From Octopus sinensis (lineage: Eukaryota), in NCBI RefSeq assembly GCF_006345805.1, contig NC_043003.1:75206001-75270000 (forward strand): 64,000 nucleotides of DNA, written 5' to 3'. The notes under the pieces are model-generated. The model saw nothing but the letters and a program-made list of their open reading frames with translations, was not told where the DNA came from and ran no database searches. The position numbers and the translations under genes were made by a program. Positions within the stretch are counted from its first letter, which is position 1. Each line of letters begins with the position of its first letter. Positions 10,852 to 22,075 of this stretch are shown piece by piece.

Positions 10852-12127
10852 ATGGCAAGGAAAAATGACAAAATTTTGGAATGGGAGATCATACCGCCTA
10901 AAAAGTGGTTAAAAGACCGTGAAGATAGGACGGTGGTGTTGAGAACCTACTCCAAGGCACTCGACACCATCGCCCTGTTCGAAAAGACGGCAATTGAAAA
11001 GGAGTTGGCAGAGTATTTGCCAACAATTAAATTCATTTCCAGGGGTGTCAAATATGCAACGGTGTGGTTGCTATTTGACACCCCTGAAGAGGCTTGCAAA
11101 TTTGCTAGTAAACCTTTGGCGAGTAAGGAAATTTTATTCCTGCCCACGTACCAAAAAAAGAGACTGACGAAAGCTTGGATTTGCGGGCTGCCACTCGGGA
11201 TAGAACCCGAGTGGATAGAGGAGACTATCCGCCGGGGTTTGGGTAGCAGCGAAACTAAGCTCCTTAATGTGAAATTTCTTCCTGCGCTGCTTGGGTTGGG
11301 TCAAAAGCAATTTTGACCCTTTGGACCCAATCAGCCAATCTGGTTCTTCCAGATTTTTTGAAAATGACCGGGTGCAGGTACCCGGTGATGCTTGAGGGTC
11401 GCCCCCCTAAGTGTCATCGGTGCTTGGAGTCCGGCCATATAAAGAAGAACTGTCCCCGGGAACAAAATAGGATCCCGGAACAGTTAAGTGAAACCCCTGT
11501 AGAAGAGGGAAAGATAACGGCCGAGGAAGCAGAGGACTCCTCAAACAGAGGCCGAAAGAGGAAGGTGAGCAACAATGGGTGCTCACCAAAGGACACTAGG
11601 GATGAGGAGGGAAAGGCGAATCTTCCGGCCACGGAGGAGACGCACCCTCCCTCAGTTGAAAAGAAAGAAAAGAAAAAGAGGAAGAGAAACGGGACATTAC
11701 TGGCTGTCGGTGACATAGCACCGGAATGTCCCGGAACTACGTCGGTTGGGGTTGTGCCACCGACAGGAGAAGAAATACCGTTGGCGGGAACTGTGCCGCC
11801 AACGAAAGAATTGAGTATCCCGCACCCGAGCAAAAACGAGGTATTGATCCTCTTCCATAGAGGCGGAGAGATTGAAAAGGTGAAGGAAAAGCACCACAAG
11901 GACCCCAAATGGCCTTCACACAGGACCCCAAATGGCCTCCGCAGGTAGCTGTGGAGGCCGTGGCGTTCGACGTGACGCTTGGGCTGCAGAAGCTCAATGA
12001 GGATTATAGCTTGGTCCCGGGCGACGCTAACTCGGAACTCGATTACGTTCTGAGGGAGGCATGGTGGATGGTGGAGGATGCGGGCACAAGTTATTTGGAG
12101 GACGAGTCAAATTCTGATACGACTTGA
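10852..12127 (+). pseudogene. L1/Tx1-type ORF1p (RRM-like region + CX2CX4HX4C knuckle + basic/acidic low-complexity tail), two frameshifts
   Basis: ORF pieces 10852-11316, 11313-11948 and 11909-12127 join into roughly 420 aa; AWICGLPLGIEPEWIEETI..LPDFLKMTGCRYPVMLEGRPPKCHRCLESGHIKKNCP; knuckle at 11412-11453. Confidence 0.8.
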
Positions 12128-12472
12128 GGGGCCCCGACCTAGAGCTGGCGCATTCCTAAGGGAAGTGTAAGCCAGGTCTGGGAGGAGGGTCTTTGTGTAT
12201 TGTATTTATATATGTAATTATTGAACTACGTTGTTATTAGTAATGGACTACTAAGACCAAAAATTGAAAAAATTGTAAGAGGTTTAATACCTCGTTTTGT
12301 GTTTGTTTTTAAAAGAACAATGTTTTAGAGAAGTAGAAGTCGGCGGGCGCTTTTTGTCTTCTCCCATCCCCATCATATTTCTTTCATTATCATTCACTTC
12401 ATTAATGTCCTCGTCCAGCCCGCAAAGCTAACTTACTCTATGTACTGCCTTTATGGCAAATGTTATGAAATA

Positions 12473-12615
12473 AAGTAGCTTGTCTACCAACCACATGGTT
12501 CCGAGTTCAGTCTCACTGCGTGGCACCTTGGGCAAGTGTCTTCTACTATAGCCTCAGGCCGACCAAAGCCTTGTGAGTGGATTTGGTAGACGGAAACTGA
12601 AAGAAGCCCGTCGTA

Positions 12616-12667
<52 letters not shown>

Positions 12668-12873
12668 TGTGTGTGTTTGTCCCCTAGCATTGCTTGACAA
12701 CCGATGCTGGTGTGTTTATGTCCCCGTTACTTAGCGGTTCGGCAAACGAGACTGATAGAATAAGTACTGGGCTTACAAAAGAATAAGTCCCGGGGTCGAG
12801 TTGCTCGATTAAAGGCGGTGCTCCAGCATGGCCGCAGTCAAATGACTGAAACAAGTAAAAGAGTAAAAGAGTA
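12473..12873 (+). mobile_element. Remainder of the interrupted tRNA-derived SINE (family A) with internal (TA)n and (agtaaaag)n tail
   Basis: accaaccacatggttccgagttcagtc..gcaccttgggcaagtgtcttctactatagcc..ggaaactgaaagaagcccgtcg..gcggtgctccagcatggccgcagtcaaatgactgaaacaagtaaaagagtaaaagagt. Confidence 0.92.
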
Positions 12874-13457
12874 CTAATTAATATTTATCCAAATAACTTG
12901 CCCGTAAATTGATTACATTTATATACTTACTGCTACATTATTAACACGAACCAAGTCCTGCCATCAATATAATTGATGTTAGTTAAATTTAAAAACCAAA
13001 GGACAAGCTCCTAAGTCTGTTATAGTTGTAGATGTAAATAATGAAGTGCGTAAAATTAAGGAGTAGCATACGTTATAAATGGGCCAAGTCCGCTTATGAT
13101 ATTATACTTAAACCAACTAAAGGTGTAAACAAGCACCGTGCCACAGAAGGTGCTACAGTTAAGGGGAGAGTACCATTACGGGGAGGTAAAGACTAGGTCA
13201 TTTACTTTCAATTATATAATTATAATACTAAATCTATCTTTTCAAATAGACACCACAGTGCCCAAGTGGTGGTCTTACAAGACAAACAGCATTTGTCTAA
13301 ACATTCTTAAATACATTCAGCCGAGTGGACCTATGGGAAAGCATAAACATAAAACCCCAAATTAATTAAATGATTACAATTAAGTCACTTACTAATTACT
13401 ACTATTGTTACAAAAACATGGTCCTACTACAGTTTGCTAAATCATACTTAATATATT

Positions 13458-13458
13458 A

Positions 13459-13512
<54 letters not shown>

Positions 13513-13517
13513 GATTG

Positions 13518-13550
<33 letters not shown>
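13458..13550. repeat. Compound (TAT)n-(TAG)n microsatellite
   Basis: Directly visible. Confidence 0.95.
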
Positions 13551-14249
13551 TTTTTGTTGCTGTTGTTGTTAATATTACTAAACTAGTCGTTATATCAACC
13601 CTTGCTTGAGTGCATCCATGCGGGGCCTCTCGCAAAATTGTACTTGCATTCTTACAAAATATGCTTAAGGGCAATAACAATTCATAGAAGACCGCCTATT
13701 GTAATACCAAGTATAAGCAAATACAATATAAAGAGGTGTGCAGTTAATATTAAGTTGTTAAAATATGTTAAACGGGGGTGGCGTTCTTAAATAAGTAAAT
13801 CTAATATAGTCAAAAATAACTGGAAGTAGACCAACATGCCGCCTGAAAGTTGGGCCCAGAATGAAATTAAGTTAACTTAAACAAACTAATCCATGGTGTA
13901 GAATGTAAAATTAAAGTAAAATTAGTTGCAAATAAAGCCATTGCTGAGATGGCAGGTACAAGATCTCATGGACAGGGGTTACTTAACTGTAATTCAAATT
14001 ATAATTATAGCTGAAAGAATTGGCATTAAAGTGGTGAGGAGGTTACATTATTGAGAGGTAGATTAATAATTATATTATGTATTTAGATATTATGTGTGAG
14101 AGGTGGAATTTCAAATCGAATATGTTGACAAATACATATTACTCCTAGGTGTGTAATACAATTAACCTAGCTTTAATTTGGAAGTTAATATATGCCCTCA
14201 TTTAGAATCGAAAACTACTGTTTCTTTGGTGAAGAGCTTTGGGTGCTAT

Positions 14250-16290
14250 TTGTGGGATGGTGCAAAGGGTCTCTACTGATCTTTATATTCAGCGAAGGTA
14301 AAATTACCCTTGTACAGATCGGTTGTGTTTCTCTCTTCCCTCATGTTAAACAATCTGTGCTGTGCCGCTAGAATGATTTATTTTCTTTGATGCATAGATA
14401 GATTTTCTTATTTCTGAAAGTGTACGACGGTGCGGAGGTGAGGAATTTCCGTTCTAAAACGAATCTAATACCTCCATCTTTAAGCGCCCAAAATATATTT
14501 ACTTAATCCGGTCGAGTTAGTCTTATTTCTGTTTCTGAAAGTGTGTTGATGTGAGGCAAGTCTTCGTTTCATTTCATTTGGGGTAAGTCCTATTTATATC
14601 GTTTTAATAGCCCGTGTTGTGAGAGTGCATTGGAAATTTACATCTTCAATTTTATAACTATTTCTTTCTTTCTACAATCACATAGGTGGTACTGTGGAGG
14701 AGAATTACTTGCTAGTGGATCGGTGCTAGATTTATTATGGTCGATAGTTTTATTATGTTTCTGGGTGTTATCGTTATAAAATTCGGGTTCCTTATGGATT
14801 TTTATTACTTTTATTCTTACTATTACAGCTATTGTTGTTATTATTACTTCTGTCTAAGTAGAAAATACATTTTTTTTTTATTATTTAGGGAGGAAATTAT
14901 GCAAGCTATGTAATGCGTGAGACTACAACCTATCTTTATTACTCTACTATTAATAATATTCGAATACCTGCTATTCTTAACGAAGTATTTATTTATAATG
15001 TTGCATATCAGTTTAGCTTAGTTCTTTTTTGCATTGTATGTGGGGGTATAAGCCAATTAATGTATCTTGTTTTTTCGGTTATCTTGTCGAACGACACAAA
15101 TTTATTGCTCTTAGTGTGATGCCTGCTGGTGTATATTTTTATTAGTATTAATCATATTATCAAAGTTATACGAGTAAATACCACCATTAGCATTACTAGG
15201 ACTTGGTTTGTGCATATAATGTTTTCAGTTATTGCTGTTGTCATCGTGATTAGTGAATTTATTGGCATTGTTAAAGCCTCACGTATAAGTTGTATTTCCA
15301 TTATTATTATTATTATTATTATTGTTCTTGGTGTTGCAAGGAACTGTGCGTTATTAATTAATTTAGTTGTATTTCTATGTTCTGTATTATTGCTATTAAT
15401 GTTGTACCTACTGAATGTATTCTTGTGTGGGATATACTTGTATTTGCCTCTGTAAGCTGCATCTTTAAGTAACTTATCGTACATATCGTTATGGTTATTG
15501 AATAAGTCCTCTTCACAAGAGAGATAAGAAATTATTTTACTAATGCTTTTTATAAGAGCTTTTTCATAGATTGTGGATGATTACGTTGATAGTTTATATA
15601 TTTTAAGTTAGAGTTAGGTTTCATGTAGGTAGTTGATAGAATAGTTTTCATTTCCTACAGTAATAGAAAGGCCGAATCTGTTGAAAAATTAGCATAGGCA
15701 TTTGTTAATTAGTTCTAGGCGTCTATTAGAGGTGTTTCTATTATAAAAAGTGCGTGGTCCCTGTAGAGCTCCACCCTACGAATTCTGGGATTTTTTTAAT
15801 ATTTTCCACAAGTCCGGTTACCTCTGCTGAGTCTGGAGATCCCGCTGTTATATCAAAGAAATCAGGGTTGTCCTTTCTTGCCCACAATTTATTAATAAAT
15901 TCAATAATAGACTTACGTCTATGTTTACTAAATTGCGGAAGCCCGTTTTGGGGGATAAATCAGTGTAACATGTGTGTCAGTTACATAATTGTCCTTATGG
16001 ACCTTCATTCTGATACGATGTCTAATCGCTGTAATAGGTTCCGTTTAATAATGTATATTATACTCAGATATAAATACCTTCGAGTCTATGTTAGTTGTTT
16101 TAAGAGTGTTTCTAAGGTCTAATTTATATTTTTTAACGATTTCTCTGTGGTTGAGTCCGTGGTACGTGTTTCTGCTGATGTTGCAGGAGTTTCTAGCTTT
16201 ATCCGAGTGTACTATTATTCCATTTCTATACTTTTGCTCAAGAATCAAGTTCTTCAGCTTCCTCTGGTGTTCATTGTGCCTAAAGAGATT
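14250..16290 (-). mobile_element. Degenerate Penelope-like element (RT + GIY-YIG endonuclease)
   Basis: Minus strand DFFDITAGSPDSAEVTGLV (FDVTMGSxDGAEVCELVG-like), VELYRDH (YRDD), YDKLLKDAAY..KYKYIP, IGLTPNEMKRRLASHQHTFRNRNKTNSTGLSKYI. Confidence 0.85.
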
Positions 16291-16304
16291 ATTTTAAAAC
16301 TTTG

Positions 16305-16387
<83 letters not shown>

Positions 16388-16875
16388 CATATATATGTAT
16401 ATGTACATATACACATGTATATATATAAAGAGAAAGAGAGAGAGATAAATATATAGATAAAGATATCTCTTTCTTAATCTGTGTGTTTTTATATACGTAA
16501 AAACATGGATTTTAGGTTAAATGCATTTCCTGTTGAAGCATTTATATCGCAATAATCCAATATATCTCTACGTTGATCACCGCTGGGACTCTTATTTTGC
16601 AACGTCCTATCTACTGGATACGTAATTTTTTTTTAGAATTGTTACACCACTATATTTTTTCTTGCAATTCTAATTTTTAACTTGTTGATGAGATTTTCTT
16701 TGTTGCACTTATACTCGTATGTTTTCATATTTGCTTTTTGCTTTTTATCATATTCGAAATTAGGTAATTAAATAATCACCCGAAAGCAAGAATATATCAT
16801 CTAAATATTACAGTTAAAAAAAATTTAATATTCTCTTTAAATATATTTCAGATATATGTATATATATTTATATAC

Positions 16876-16968
<93 letters not shown>

Positions 16969-19902
16969 GTGTGTGTGTGTGTATGTACATGCATACAGTT
17001 AATTCAGTAATAAACAGAAATATTAATGCAACACTGACAATCTTTTTCTGACAATGAAATTTTATAAACAGGAGGAACTTATAAAATTTTATGGCATTTA
17101 TGTTGGATATTTTATTAACACTTTGTTTAAGTATTGAGAAGGCAAAGGAAATAATACATTTCGTGTCAAAGCATTACGTGTTAATAATTTTATTCCCTCT
17201 ACGAGTATCAAACACGTTTTAGAGAAATTATGTCTTCGGAATTAGAGATGATTTAAGTAGTAAGAAATAAAACAGGAAAATAACTGAGCTACATAGAAAT
17301 ATCGTTAATTTAATTTCATTTTAAATATGTTATTTTCTGTTGCAATGAAATCCAAACTAAATTCAGGTGTTCTCAATCAATTGCAGTTAATGTAACCGTA
17401 AAAATCAAATCATAAGAAGTGTTCAGCAATTTGATAAAATGTTAAGAGTATATTCTCGTTTGAGTAGCACAATTTACAGATAAAATTATGGAATAATACA
17501 TATTACTCGTGTAATACCTGCCTAAAGAAACATTGTTTTCTTGTTTTTATTGTATTAAGTTATTTTTCTTAACAGTATGGCATATAGTATGTTCATGTCT
17601 ATTTTTAGTTTACCTGTGTATGTCAAGCTATGTTTAAAGGAGTTATAGCAATGTGAAAATCATAACATTTACAATATTTTTGCACGTAAAATTTATTTAA
17701 ATTTTCAATGAATAATTCTAAGAAAAATCAATGGCAATCGCATTATTAAATATACATTTATTCAATGCTACAATTTGCCTTCAATGTGAGGAATGTTTTC
17801 AAGTGATTTCAAATGTAGCCTACATTGAATATCATTGAAGATAATACCGTAAACTGATTCAAAATTATAGATAAAACTGAATATGAAATATTTTGTCGAA
17901 ATATTTTTTGTCTCCAAAATATTCATTTTAAAGGATAAGAAAGAATCTGTTTGTTTGATCAAAAATCTGTTTTGTGAAGAAAAGAAAGTTTTAACTTAGA
18001 CACCACACACTTCAGTAGCGGCACTTTAAAACTGTGCGTCATTGAACGCGACATAACATTGATTATTTTTGCAAACAGATCATTTTTATCTTTTCAATTT
18101 ATTACCATTGGGCATATTGATGACGGAATGTGCAATCGACTATACAACGAATCGCATTCTTGCACTTTAATTCAAATCAACATTTTCCATACCTTTGGTT
18201 TTAATTACGCCACGTCAAAAGAATTATTTTTCTTCAAATCATGTGTGCGTAGATCTGTTCATAAATACTTTCATATACAATTTTAAAGGAACTAATCGAG
18301 AATGAAGTTTCGAATTAAAGAGAAATTGTTGAACAGCACATACACGTAAATGACAAATATCAGATTTTGCTATCAAGCAATATAAAATCAGGAAATATAT
18401 CATGCATTATATTTATGAGGAATTGTGAGATTTAAATAGAATCCCTTTGTCTGTGGTTTAAACACTATCTCTAAGTAAACAACCCATAATCGTTTGTGTC
18501 CTTTAGTGACCATTGTTAACATTTGTGATAACTTTCATGAAGCGTTAAAAGTCAAGGATTACAAAGGTAATCTCTAATTAGAGAAAAATTAATGTCCTTA
18601 ATTATTTCCGCGGTGAGTATTTTCATATAACGTATTTTCTTGTATTACAGTCAATATTTGAAACATTAGCTATGAAATATATGAATGAAAAACTAAGTAG
18701 TGTTTTACCAGATTGAAACATCCTTTTCCAAGGCACTTTGGACTATAGTTCAGTATATCATAGTACGTTATTAAAGAAAAAAAAAAGAAAATAAAATACG
18801 TGAATTCTACAAAATCTGAAATCCTTTCAGCGTTTCTTATGATCTGATCTACACACACGATACATTTTAAAAATTTCCCTTGACTTCTTAGGTCACATTT
18901 TTATATGTAGAAATCAGGTTAACGGATAACTTTCCACTGAACTTGCAATGTACGAGATACTGAACAGGAAATGCCAGTTGCTTGTAGTAGAGGTTTTCAT
19001 GTATGGCAAGAATCCTAGGCTTGTGGCCGTCCCTATATGGTAGTTCCACTGACAAATATAATTTTTAACTCTTGAAAACATATAAAGTCAGAAATTTATG
19101 CGTATTAAAGTCAAATAACCAAAGTGGGTTTCAAGTGAAAATTAATGAGGGACCAAAACTCGATAACGCGTGACAAACATTTTTTCAGAGATTTGTCAAG
19201 TTTGTGAAATTTCATTTTCGATACTCAAGAGACTATTTTAATTTGTAAAGTTGAACACCATATTTCTGTACTTCCGAATAAGGAATGACGTGCTATGTAT
19301 GTGCCGCTATGACATTAGATTGCGCAATATTAACCAGAGAGAATTTAGAACGCATGTGAGTGTGTATGGTCTGAGTGTGTGTATTGCGAATGTGTGTGTG
19401 CGAGACGGAGAGAGAGAGAAAGAGAGAGATAATGAAAGTATTTCTACCTACATCATTTTGCTTATTGTTAAGAAAATATTGATATATACGTAAACATTCT
19501 ATGAAACAGGAGATAAACATTTGAAGTAATATGTATACGTTCTAATTCTGTGAGTGTTTTTATGGTTACTTATTTAATTACATGCTTCCGTAAATTTCAG
19601 TCTTTAGCGCTAAAAGTTGTTCAGGTGTGCATGTGTTAGGAATCGTTACGTCATTAATGAACCATGCCCTTCAAATCATTCCCTGGTCTGCCCTTATCTC
19701 TTATCTTTTACATGGTTTAATCATTAAACCACCAGGAAGAGTTTCAGTCAAACAAATCGACGGCAAGAGTTATCTTTTTAAAGCCTGGTATTTATTCCAT
19801 CGATGGGTTTGCCAAACCACTAAGTTACTCGGACGTAAACAAGCCAACGCCGGCTGTGAGAGACAAACACAGGCAACAATACACACACACATAAATATAG
19901 GC

Positions 19903-19960
<58 letters not shown>

Positions 19961-19962
<2 letters not shown>

Positions 19963-20060
19963 GGCAGCCTTCTTTTCTTTCCCATCAAACAAATTCACTT
20001 ACTAGGCTTTGGTTGGCTCGAGGCCATTGCAAAGGGCACCTCACCAAGGTGCCACTCAGT
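19961..20060 (-). mobile_element. SINE family A fragment
   Basis: Reverse complement resembles gtggcaccttgggcaagtgtc..cctcgggccgaccaaagccttgtgag. Confidence 0.7.
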
Positions 20061-20179
20061 ATTTTAATATCTTTTCGTTTTCTTTTTTTGCAATATTTTA
20101 TCGAATAATGACAGTAAAAGGGTCTGCTGAAAAATTCTTTGACTAACCAAGATACTTTCTTGGAATGAGACAAAATTAT

Positions 20180-20330
20180 GTGTTTTCAACACAGTCCCGC
20201 TAGCGGCCATAATTGTTTCCACCGGTGCTTGGATCCTATAGGTCAGGAAGCTTTCAACATGTTCGTCAATAGAAGATGTGATATCATCAACATTATGATA
20301 CTGGTTTCTAGAGGACTGTTTTTTTTTCCT
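20180..20330 (-). mobile_element. Mariner transposase C-terminal fragment
   Basis: Reverse complement with a frameshift gives IQA..HRWKQLWPLAG.CVEN, resembling the GIxxLxxRWxKCVxxxGDYVEK terminus. Confidence 0.5.
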
Positions 20331-20589
20331 TTTCAGAAACAAATTATACTTTGAAGCGTGCGAAATCAGGGGAAATAGTTCTATATTACATTAAGTAGCT
20401 TTAAATTTTCATTTCAACTGTTGTTATACTGCTTACGAGATTTCTATCGCATTATAGCAACTGGCAGATATTTGGTGCCCTCTATACAGAAAACAGGGTT
20501 TTGAAAACGTAATGGAAATTCCAATATTTATTTAACATGGTTGCTATTGCGAATATGATAAATTTAAATATATTCAAGTCTATAAGTTT

Positions 20590-21640
20590 GTGCATAAACA
20601 TTATGCATACCTTCTACTTCATGACATATCCCCACATATTTCTTTTATAATTTTTTTATGTTTATATTTGAATAAAATGGGCGACCTATCTGAGTTCCTA
20701 AAAGGACAAATTCTTGGAACGAGGATGATTGGAGCATCGATCATTAAAACTGTGAAATTGTTTTGTGTGTCGAGATGTCCGATGTCTTCAGATACTTTGG
20801 CATTGTAAAACGAAGGTAGAACCTGTTGTGAGTAGCTTAAATCGAGACGTAAGTTGTAATTTAAAGAGGCAGGGACCGTAAAATAGCGAATATAGCGAAT
20901 GATACTGTGTCTCAAAGCCACGAAGCTTCAGCAGCATAAAAGAGAGCAGAGCTAAACAACCACTTTGCCAACCCTGTTGCAGGCACAACTCTTCGTCGAG
21001 TGGGTTCACAGTACAGAATGTTAACATGTGATAGCTGTAATTACTAAATATCTCGTCTCACATTAATATTGAGAACTGCGAAACAGGGTGTAGTCTATCA
21101 GTAGAGTTGAATGACCGAGGAAGACAATCTCATCTTCTATGAATGAATGATCCTTATCCGTTTTCCGACTTCGGAGCAAGTTTAAGTCTGATAACAGCTC
21201 AAAAAACCTCCAGTTCTGCCATTTTGGACCATTCTCTAGAAACTGGAGGTGGCACAAAAGTGATTTGGAGAACCATATCACTTGAAATCCCCTGGATCTT
21301 TAGTTGTTCTACATAAGAAAGGTAACGCCTCAGATTATCTGAGTATTTTGGATGATGATGCTCTTCCTATGTTGCAAACTTCGTTCCCTGTTGTTAGCAC
21401 AATTTCAATTTACAGGACAAAAACTCACTGATTAACATGGGTAACATTATTCAGAAATTGTACAAAGGTCACAGAAGTGAAGTAGACAACATCGATTGTC
21501 ATCTACAAGAGTTTCCAGATCTGAATATAATCCAAAATTTATTGGAAATTCCAGAGCAAATGAGGAGCTAAGTCCACCTAACGTTATTTATATACGGCAA
21601 TTGTGTTGACAGAAGCAGGTTGTACTTGAACAATAGCATA
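20590..21640 (+). mobile_element. Degenerate Tc1-family DNA transposon
   Basis: MGDLSEFLKGQILGTRMIGASIIKTVKLFCVSR (paired-like HTH), FPTSEQV, GGGTKVIWRTIS, YLSILDD, FPDLNIIQNLL (SPDLNxIENLW-like); ends not resolved. Confidence 0.85.
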
Positions 21641-21867
21641 TAAATGTAATTTCATTTAAACAAATTGTTTATGTTATTTTGTTCATCCATCAAATCGTTA
21701 GCACACCAGACAAAATACTTAGTAAGATTCTTTCAGCTCTTTAAGTTCAAATGCCGATATAATCAACATTGTCTTTCGTCGTTTTTGGTTTGAGCCCTAG
21801 GGTAGATGCTGCTGACTAGTCTGCTACCTGAAAGATTTCTCAAAGTGGAAATAATTATATTTAAAAG

Positions 21868-22075
21868 AAGGTGAGCTGGCAGAATCGTTAGTTCACCGAG
21901 GAAAATGCTTAGCATCGTTTCGTCCTTCTTTACTATCTGAGTGCAAATTCTCCCGAGTTCGACCTTGTCATTCATCATCCGGGTATCAATGAAATATGTA
22001 TCATGTGAGGACTGGCATCGATATAATCGATTAGGCCTTTCCCAAAAATATCGGGCCATGCGCCTGTCGCATAAA
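21868..22075 (+). mobile_element. tRNA-derived SINE (family B)
   Basis: gaaggtgagctggcagaatcgttag..aaaatgcttagc..ctgagtgcaaattc..gagttcgaccttg..atcgatataatcga. Confidence 0.8.

Larger units (their letters stand above)
10226..12472 (+). mobile_element. ORF1-only (HAL1-like) L1/Tx1-related non-autonomous non-LTR element with target-site duplication
   Basis: Flanked by aagtagcttg (10216-10225 and 12473-12482); single gag-like ORF; no APE or RT; ends in a tgcc-tttat-ggca hairpin and AATAAA. Confidence 0.75.

Noticed and set aside
11414-11908. 164-aa minus-strand ORF and neighbours
   Set aside because: Antisense to the ORF1 low-complexity tail, with no independent motif
10226-12472. Interpretation as an LTR or DIRS element, or a host zinc-knuckle gene
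   Set aside because: No terminal direct or inverted repeats, no TG..CA ends and no PBS seen; a 10-15 bp TSD and 3' AATAAA fit non-LTR insertion better
20320-20400. Strong polypyrimidine-CAG acceptor-like site suggesting a host exon
   Set aside because: The following frame is short, has no recognisable protein and no clear donor, and the tract abuts a mariner remnant
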